Of a stretch of DNA of 64,000 nt, positions 56,091 through 64,000 are shown one piece after another. How positions within the stretch are numbered: the stretch's first letter is position 1; every line of letters starts with the position of its first letter. The stretch is from Amoebidium appalachense (taxonomy: Eukaryota > Protista > Ichthyosporea). The translations under genes were made by a program, and so were the position numbers. The DNA is taken from NCBI GenBank assembly GCA_963693365.1, contig CAVNZM010000001.1, positions 19,972,125 to 20,036,124 on the forward strand. The letters are read 5' to 3'. Under the pieces are notes generated by a model. That model saw only the letters and a program-made list of their open reading frames with translations, did no database searches and was not told the DNA's origin.

Positions 56091-57690
56091 TTAGTACACG
56101 GTTGCACGTGCGTCTTGCCTTTGCACCACCACCTCGTTCCAGTCGCCTCTATCCTGCAGACCTTCCACATCACGCTCCACCGCCGTGGAATCCGACCCCG
56201 TTTGGAACACTGACATGCTGTTCTGCCGAACCCGCTGATTCGAATCCCCACTGCTTGTGCTTCCTGCACGCGCTCGTAGCTGAGATATGCTCGTGCGTGC
56301 AAAATCGCGGATGCGTGTGGACAGGCGTGCTGAAGTGCGCGGGTCGCTGACGACTACCCGTGAAACCTCTACGCCCATGTGTGCACGTGACCGTCCCGTG
56401 GGCCGTTTCATCTTCATGTTTGTGTTCCCGCGGGACACGTGAAGCCACTTCCTAATTTGGACAACGTCAAAATCGTAGTCGATGAAGACTGAGGGGTGGA
56501 CTCCACGGATGTGCGAGGTGGAAGGGAGTGCTGCAAGGGCCACCTGGGGGCAACATGCAAAGTGAGAGTGAGTCTCTAGCCGTGCGCTTGCATATGCCAA
56601 GTGCATGTGAACTACAAAGCCCAGTGCTTAGTCGTGGCCTCTTGTGTGTGCTTATGCGTACGTGCTTGCGTGTGTGCGTAAGAGTATGTGCGTGTGTCTG
56701 AGAAAAACTATGGGTAAGTTTGGGTACTTACTTGTGAGAAAGAACACATCATACCAAATACCTGTAGGCAGGCATTGTCGTGACTGGCTAGCCAGCAAGA
56801 ACAGGGCGAGAAGAGGCCTGGAAAGGTGTGTGTGTGGGTTTGGGGAGGGGGGGAAGGGGAGGGGGGCAGGGGGGGGGGGGGGGGGGGGGGGGGGGTGTTG
56901 CCGGGGGGGGGGAGGGGGGTAAAAGGCCCATACCTGCATTCCAGGAAACAACTTCGCGTATGCCTTATGGGGAATGGTGACCACATCAAACGGCTTTCCC
57001 TTGTCCATGGCCCTCTTTATCTCCGCAGACACCTCTGCATCGCTCTTGCCAACCATGCTCCGCCCCTTCACTGAAAACATGGTATGGCCCACCTTCAGGC
57101 CACCCTTCTGTGCAATAGAGTTCTCCGATACTTTTGTCACCTTGCTTAAGCTGTATATGATGCCTAAGGGCTCGTCATCGTCTGGATGGATCATCGTGAT
57201 GTCTCTCTAGCGGGGCCTCAATAATGTCTATCGTTACCTCCTCAGCCTTCTGTAACCTTTCCACCAACACAACCAGGCTTATGTCTTTTACCTCCTCGTC
57301 ATCTATGGCTGTGATTTCATCACCAAAAACCAATCCAGCGCGAAACGCGGCCGTCTGCTTTTGTTTCCCCCCGGCCTGCGTCGGTTGGGAGTTAACAAAC
57401 TCGGACACGAACACGACGTAGACCTTGCTGTTTGCGTACCACAACTGGGCACCAAACGGCTCCCCCTCCGGCTTGGATACAGTGAGTGTCCGTTTGGAAG
57501 GTTTGTGATGTTTGTGGTGGTGTGGATGGCTGTTGCGTGCCTGCGTGAGGTTTCGGTGAAGCACGTAGCTCGGGTACTGGTGGCTGTGGTGGTAGCGAAA
57601 TGTAGGCGCGTTGCGACGAGCGAGTGAAGTTGTGCTCGTTTCGCTCAACCCGTCAAACGAGAGGAGCGTTTGCAAGGGTGCCTTAGGCAT
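56091..57690 (-). CDS. Syntenin-like tandem-PDZ protein (frameshift at GA repeat ~57202-57208)
   Basis: PDZ1 PFGAQL...AAFRAGLVFGDEITAID; linker PLER(D)ITM resembling syntenin PFERTITM; PDZ2 PLGIIY...SIAQKGGL; exons 57690-56934 and 56543-56091. Confidence 0.78.
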
Positions 57691-58588
57691 GTTTGGCTTA
57701 TTTTTATATGGCCTTTACGGTATTTTTAAGCGCCCTTGTGACGGGGAGAATAACCCAAGAAACTTATACGAAAGAGATCTAAACGGTACAAAATTTCAAG
57801 CAGCGAACGTTTCAGTTTCATGATCACAGCGGCCCTGAGGCCCTGTGACTGTGGCGGCGTGGACTCCGAGGCGGTGATGACTCAATCGATCCGGACGGCT
57901 CATGGCTTATATGAGAAGAGCAAAACAATCTGAGCTATCCTCGAGGGCCTCGACTTAAAGTTCAGATCTGGCTGGAGGTGTGCTCCATGAATCAAAGGTC
58001 CGGACTAAGCAGTGACTCTCGTGTGACCAAAAAGCGGTGAGACAAAAGTCTCTTACAGGATAATAGTCGTTTGCGTTTGATAAAAAGACAATGTAGGTTG
58101 CTTTACGAGCCCTAAAGGCCAGAGTCAAGGGACTTGTACATCTGGATCACTCGGGGAGTTTTGTTTTGTTGCTTCGCTCTCTGTGGAATGAGGCACGGGG
58201 TTCGTGATTGGGCGATCTTGCGAGCGATTCAAATGGATCGCTGCTTTCCCTTTCTTGGCTATTTTATCCCGGCGCCGGCGGGCGGTTCAAAAAACGGACG
58301 GCTCCGGATGCACGAGGCTAACAAGCTTGTGGGGACTAATATTATGTATTAAATGTAGGGCAGATAAGACTGAGTAGCAGTGACTCCTAAAAGTGCCACG
58401 GACTCAGCACACCATGTTCTGTAACTGAGGCTTACAAAAATACCCTATGTGTACATGCACAAACGACAGCACTCTAATTATGATCATATGCATGAGGAGA
58501 AGTGGGATCTATCCGGACTCGGGGATCCCGGAAAATGAGGAGACGGGGGGGGGGGGGGGGGGAGGGAGAGAGGAAGGGAGGGAGGGAA

Positions 58589-58641
<53 letters not shown>

Positions 58642-59013
58642 TAATAAGGATAAACTTGTAATCCTTGAATGCTAAATTTGCGTAGACTACGTTTTATGAT
58701 CATGCCTGCTCGAGCTCTCGAGCTCCGATTACACCGTTGAAGGCATTATCCCTTGGAGCTCGAGGGCGATATCACCAGAGCACCAACCGGCGCGGCATTC
58801 TTACCATCGTCCTGGATTATAAAAAAGCACAGCCCCCGGGAGTCCAGGATAAACCTACGAACACGGTGAGGGAATATCATGGCCACAGTTATGTACAGGC
58901 ATAGTAAGAGCACAACAGCACAGCGATCACATCATGATCATGATCAGCTTGTGCAAATGGCTTTGAAAAACCAACCGGCTAGCGCACGCAGGCCTAGCTA
59001 GGGTCACATCTTA

Positions 59014-59244
59014 GGGATTTTTGAATTTGAAATGGGAGGGGGGAGAGTAGTAAATATCGACGTCCCCCCTGGTGGTACCCCCCTTCCCCCCCTCCCCAAG
59101 GTAGCCGCAAGGGTGGGTGGGCCGACCTGCCCAATTGCAAAGGTGGGGTGGGTCCCCCCTCCCCCCCCCCCTCCCCCCCCCCTCCCCCCCCCCCCCCCCA
59201 AAAGTTACTACTACCGCCCTCCCCGTTTCAAAATCAAGAATCCC
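59014..59244. mobile_element. PIF/Harbinger (Tourist)-type MITE, 231 bp
   Basis: Imperfect ~40-bp TIRs starting GGGATT; flanking TTA direct repeats at 59011-59013 and 59245-59247. Confidence 0.75.
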
Positions 59245-59662
59245 TTACTTCAGGTTGAACACAAAAAGTACACCAACACACCGGATCATCCATTTGATTA
59301 TTCATAGCTACATAGTCGACATCATCCTCTCTAGCTGCTACTACTAACTAATATATAGCTGCACTACTACAACATTTCTTGGCAACTCAGACTCCGAATC
59401 GAGATACTATTAGCCTATTAGAAGAAACGAAACCACAGGCATGATCTAGTGCTGCAACGTCACGGTGTGCGTGTTTAGTGTGAACACGTACGTTTCACGG
59501 TACCGGTGTGATTGTGTGTGTGTGTGTGGTGCGTGTCTGCGTGCCTGTGTGCCTGTGTGCGTGCACGTGTAATACTAAGTGATTGTGTGTGGTGCGTGCG
59601 TGCCTGTGTGTGTGTGGTGCGTGAGTGTGTGTGTGTGTGTGTGTGTGTGTAAATGTGTGTAA

Positions 59663-59723
<61 letters not shown>

Positions 59724-59728
59724 CGTGC

Positions 59729-59759
<31 letters not shown>

Positions 59760-60522
59760 CGCGCGCGCGTGCGCACACGCGCATGACGGTGTGTGTGATC
59801 ATGTGCATGTGTGTAACAAGGTTCACTGTATGTGGAAGAGTTTTGGTTGCGTGGGCCACGGGGAAAAGGGGGAGTGTGGGGGAGAGGGGTAGAGAAGGCA
59901 AGATTAGAAGACAGTGAAACGGCAACCTTGAGAAAGTAGCCTTTGCAGTATTAAATAGCTAAATAATGCATGTCCTAGGTTGCCTTGGGACATAAATATC
60001 TGAATCACTCACTGACGTTTCACTATAGCTAACACGTAACGCTTGGCACCGAATCGACTACATAAACAACTACTCCAGAGGGGTAAAGCTTTCCGGGTCA
60101 CAGTGGCTTTAAACATCCCCAGTTGCCAACTTTGGTGTTGTGTAAACCCTTGCCACCCGGGTCACCCCATTTTCCGGTTTGGAATATCGAATGAAGCCTG
60201 GCTTAGACTGCATGTCAGCCCCGGGCATCACACCTCCGACGGGTCTTCGTCAAAGTAGAACCTTGAGGGCTCGTTTTGGGTGTTTGGCTCTGCTTAACCT
60301 TCCAGGGGGAGCCCGTCCTGTGGGCCGCTACATCCACTGTGGTTGACGACACAGGCTCTGCAGCTGTTTTCTCCAAATATCTTGCAGCCGGCTTGGCCTT
60401 TTTGCCTGCAACCCGTAGACAATGTCTGCAGTCGGGGCAATGCTCATGCTTGAGAACTCCACTAACGACCCCTTTTCACCCGTGACAACCTTGATAAATT
60501 TCTTTTTGTCTGCAGTTCAGGT

Positions 60523-60758
60523 TCCCGAGCCGTACTTTTTCCTCCGTAAGGCATTTTGCCGCGTTCTGAAAATGCATGCGGCGATGACGACCAGGCCAAG
60601 CACAATCCCACTCCTATTATTATCCAGACAGCCACGTGCATAAGGGGTGTGGCAGCGGAGGCCATCGGCTCTGATTGAGGTGTCGAGGGTATAGTCGGTG
60701 TTTCTGCTGCATTGTTTGGAGCAGAGTTAGTGCACACTGTGAGTTTTTTGTTATTCAA
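60523..60758 (-). pseudogene. Possible single-pass membrane protein fragment
   Basis: P/S/T-rich stalk; restoring one G gives VAVWIIIGVGIVLGLVVIAACIF followed by basic RTRQNALRRKK. Confidence 0.35.
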
Positions 60759-60975
60759 TATATTTATTGTTGCTGCTGCCGTTTTGTTTTTGTTTTTTTT
60801 TTGTTTGTTTTTTCTTTCTTTTTCATTTTATTTTATCATAGTGTTTTGTTTTGTTTTATTTTGTTTTTCTTTTTCTTTTTTTTTTTTGTGGGGGGAGGGG
60901 GGGGGGGGGGGGGGGGAAGCAGAAACTGGTAAATATCCCTAGACAATGTGTCCAGTGGATCCATGCTGAAAAAAG

Positions 60976-61376
60976 GGAGGGATGTGTGTGTGTGACTGTG
61001 TGTCTCACAGTGTGTCCGCACCCAAGTACTCGCGCAAATGGGATTGTGTGCTGTGTTTTCCGAAAGATGGAAGGATGCATTTCTCCACTATCTCAGGCTC
61101 AAAGTCCTTACCCTCCCACCTACCCCCCCCACACCCCACCCCCCCCCCCCACACACACACCTTTCCACGAGCTCCATTGTCCCCCTTTATGCCAGAAGCG
61201 TTTGAAATGCCATAGGAGGGATGTGTGTGTGTTTGTGTGTGTGACTGTGTGTCTCACAGTGTGTTCGCGCGCAAGTACTCGCGCAAGTGGGATTGTGTGC
61301 TGTGTTTTCCGAAAGATGGAAGGATGCATTTCTCCACTACCTCAGGCTCAATGTCCTTACCACCCCCCCCCCCCCC

Positions 61377-61410
<34 letters not shown>

Positions 61411-61455
61411 TCCCACGAGCTCCATTGTCCCCCTTTATGCCAAAAGCGTTCGAAA
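60976..61455. repeat. ~235-bp tandem duplication
   Basis: 60976-61205 is a diverged copy of 61215-61455. Confidence 0.85.
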
Positions 61456-62249
61456 TACATACAGTAGTGACTAAAAAAAAATGCTTGCACATGCGCACAC
61501 ATGTAGCACATTTCCTCTGGACTACCTCACCAACACACCGGAACTGTGCATGAATTTTTTAAATATGTTATAGATTCCCTGGTGACTCGGACACTATAGG
61601 GCAGCAAGAAACAAATAGCCGCGCGAGCAACTGTTGTAGAGCCCCCCCCCCCCCCCCTCCCCCCCCCCCCCCCCCCCCCCCCCCTGCCCGCCCACCCGCC
61701 CGCCCGCCCGCCCCCCATATGCATGTCACACCTGGGGCCGTGGCCCGTATCCCCGGTTCCAGGGTCTATCAAAATGTTGCCCAATGACCTGACACCTATT
61801 TCATACTGCCGCCGTGCATGCCTCTCCTACTACCTCCTCATCACCTCTGCCCAAAACTCACCTCTGCCCAAAACATCACGCCTTGCCGGGTTGTGTTCCT
61901 TCCCGGGAGCCCCCCCCTCCGCAGCCCCATCCCACCCCTTCCCCCGCCCACCACCGCCACTACCCGCCCGTTCGGGGCCCGGACCAACAAAAATGAAAAA
62001 ACGCTGAACCCAACCCGACCAACCCTTTGTCCCACAGTCCGACTAACGCTCAGATGCAACAAAGAAGCCGGTTGTTACATTTCACATTGGCTGCTTGTAG
62101 GTAATCATGGGTGTTACAGTTACTGTTTCAGTTCATATCCCGCTCACATTGTGACAGTTGCTTGAGCCTCTGTGCGCATGCGCATTCACTGTGCTCTTAA
62201 CCTTCATTTAAAACTCAGTGTGAAAACCCCAATGCTTTCATCTTCACAC

Positions 62250-62881
62250 AGCGAGACCATCTACAAATCGTGGGGAAATGGTACCCATGTGAGTCAGTTG
62301 TGGCCTCTGCAATGAACAAGTTGCGTGGCCACCAGTCAATAATTGGAAGTCTTATTTAGGTACCGGGTACGTGTGTGTTTGTGTTGTTTAGAAGACGAGG
62401 AGGGGGTGTTGTGATGCCCACCTGTGTTTTTAAATTCCGGTTCCGCATCATCAGTGGCGTCCATTTTCGTTGAAAATACACGTGGTGTGTCAAAGCCAAA
62501 TTACCGTGCAGAAAGAAGCCCGACCGAGTCAGTGTTGCGTTTAGCTCTAGGAGGCCATTCCCCGGAGGGTTGCATACACAGCTCCCGTGTGTGTCGTCAA
62601 GGTGAACATGCATGGGTGGGGGATGGATTTGGAGGGGTGGGCAGGTTGGTCTAAATGTGAGTCACGTTTTGCCACATCATGCACATCTGCCACATCACGC
62701 AACCAGTACTACTCGCAGGGTGTTGACCCTTCCAAGGACACAACAGGAAACTGGAAGCGTGTGGGTGTGTGCAAGCCGATGAACACTGTCCCCTACGTGC
62801 CCCCCAAGAGGGTCGTGGGTGCCTACTACACGAACTGGGCCCAGTACCGCCAGGCAAAGCCCTACGTCCCTGAGGTGTGTC

Positions 62882-62912
<31 letters not shown>

Positions 62913-63550
62913 GCACGCGCGGTTAAGGGCCCCGGAGGGTTGCATACACAGCTCCCGTGTGTGTCGTCAAGGTGAACATGCATGGGTGGGGGATGGATTT
63001 GGAGGGGTGAGAAGGTTGGTCTAAATGTGAGTCACGTTTTGCAACGGCACGGGCATGCTGGGCCCTCATCGCAATCGTCACGCCTACTGGCGTGTGCTTC
63101 GCACATTGATGGTTTTAGTTCATTACCACATGTCTAGAACCTTTGGCGCGCACAAAAAAAGTCTTTATAAAACAATAAAAAAGGAGGAGTATCACGTGAT
63201 AAGTAACCAACCACATCACAGAACAAGCAAGACCTGACGCTTGCGCCGTTTGAGTGGAACGATGTGCGCACGGACACGGACTACAAGCAGTGCATGTACT
63301 ACCGCCTGCTGGCCCACGTCAAGAAGCAGAACCCCAGCATCAAGGTCATGTTATCGTACGTGGCCCCACCCCCACTCTTTTGATATCAGTTCACCTTAGT
63401 GTTACAGTACTCAAACTGGAATGTTGTGCAGTCCTTACCCCTCTCATCCTCCGCCCCCTCCTTTTCCCTCCCCCCCCCCCCCCCCCCCCCCCCCCCAATC
63501 TCCTACATACCCCATCTTCCCACCACCTCGTAGTCTCCCACCTGCAGCCC

Positions 63551-63581
<31 letters not shown>

Positions 63582-63925
63582 AAAAAAGAAAGAAAAAAAA
63601 AAAGAAAACTTTAAACGGCCCCAGCCGTCCGCCTTTTTTCTGCAGTGCAAACATCCCCCACTACCCCTTCCCCCCACCCTCCACGCACACACATATGCAC
63701 ACAAAACAAAAACAAACAAAAGCAGCAGTTCCCACTTGCTTATAAGACGATGTTTCATGCAGGCTGGGTGGGTGGAACTTCAGCAAGGGCACAGCGCCTG
63801 GGTCTACAGCGTGGCCAAGGATGTGTTCCCCAATGTGGTCAAGCCAGAGAACAGGGCCAAGTTCTGCACCAACAGCAATCAGCTTTGTGCGTGAGCACTA
63901 CTTTGACGGCATCGACTTCGACTGG
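62250..63925 (+). pseudogene. GH18 chitinase with N-terminal chitin-binding module, disrupted; continues beyond the window
   Basis: YYSQGVDP...GNWK (CBM5/12-like), VVGAYYTNWAQYR, EWND...KKQNPSIKVMLS|LGGWNFS, FDGIDFDW catalytic motif; frameshifts and an internal duplication. Confidence 0.8.
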
Positions 63926-64000
63926 GTACAGCCCCCATACCCCCCCCCCCCCCCCCCCCCCCCCCCCGTCCTCCCCCCCCCCCCCCCCCCCCCCACACCT

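Noticed and set aside
60290-60370. CRAC-x6-C resembling a Zn2Cys6 cluster on the minus strand
   Set aside because: Second half of the motif is absent and a stop follows

Overview
Eukaryotic genomic DNA, read by eye without database searches. Bases 1-23,000 are a four-element LTR-retrotransposon nest. An old, decayed chromodomain Ty3/Gypsy element (minus strand, ~12466-22968) carries a very young Ty1/Copia (13928-19812; apparently identical 765-bp LTRs, GCACC TSD, half-tRNA-iMet PBS) inside its RNase H. It also carries a second Gypsy (5616-12465, minus) in its 3' LTR, and that element is itself interrupted in its integrase by a third, chromodomain Gypsy (1-~5615, plus). Bases ~24,600-64,000 hold host genes whose introns are packed with poly-C/poly-G and (CA)n/(GT)n tracts. 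The main one is a multi-exon Mondo/ChREBP (MLXIP-like) bHLH-ZIP gene (24645-~42196, minus) with recognisable glucose-sensing-module motifs, a U12-type (minor spliceosome) intron and an intronic tRNA-Glu(CTC). After it come a decayed LINE cluster, a HemK-family methyltransferase gene, a syntenin-like tandem-PDZ gene, a Harbinger-type MITE and a disrupted GH18 chitinase. Gene content plus strong CGC/GCG avoidance in some retroelements suggest a holozoan, possibly an ichthyosporean; this is inference only. Many frameshifts lie in homopolymer runs and may be sequencing errors.
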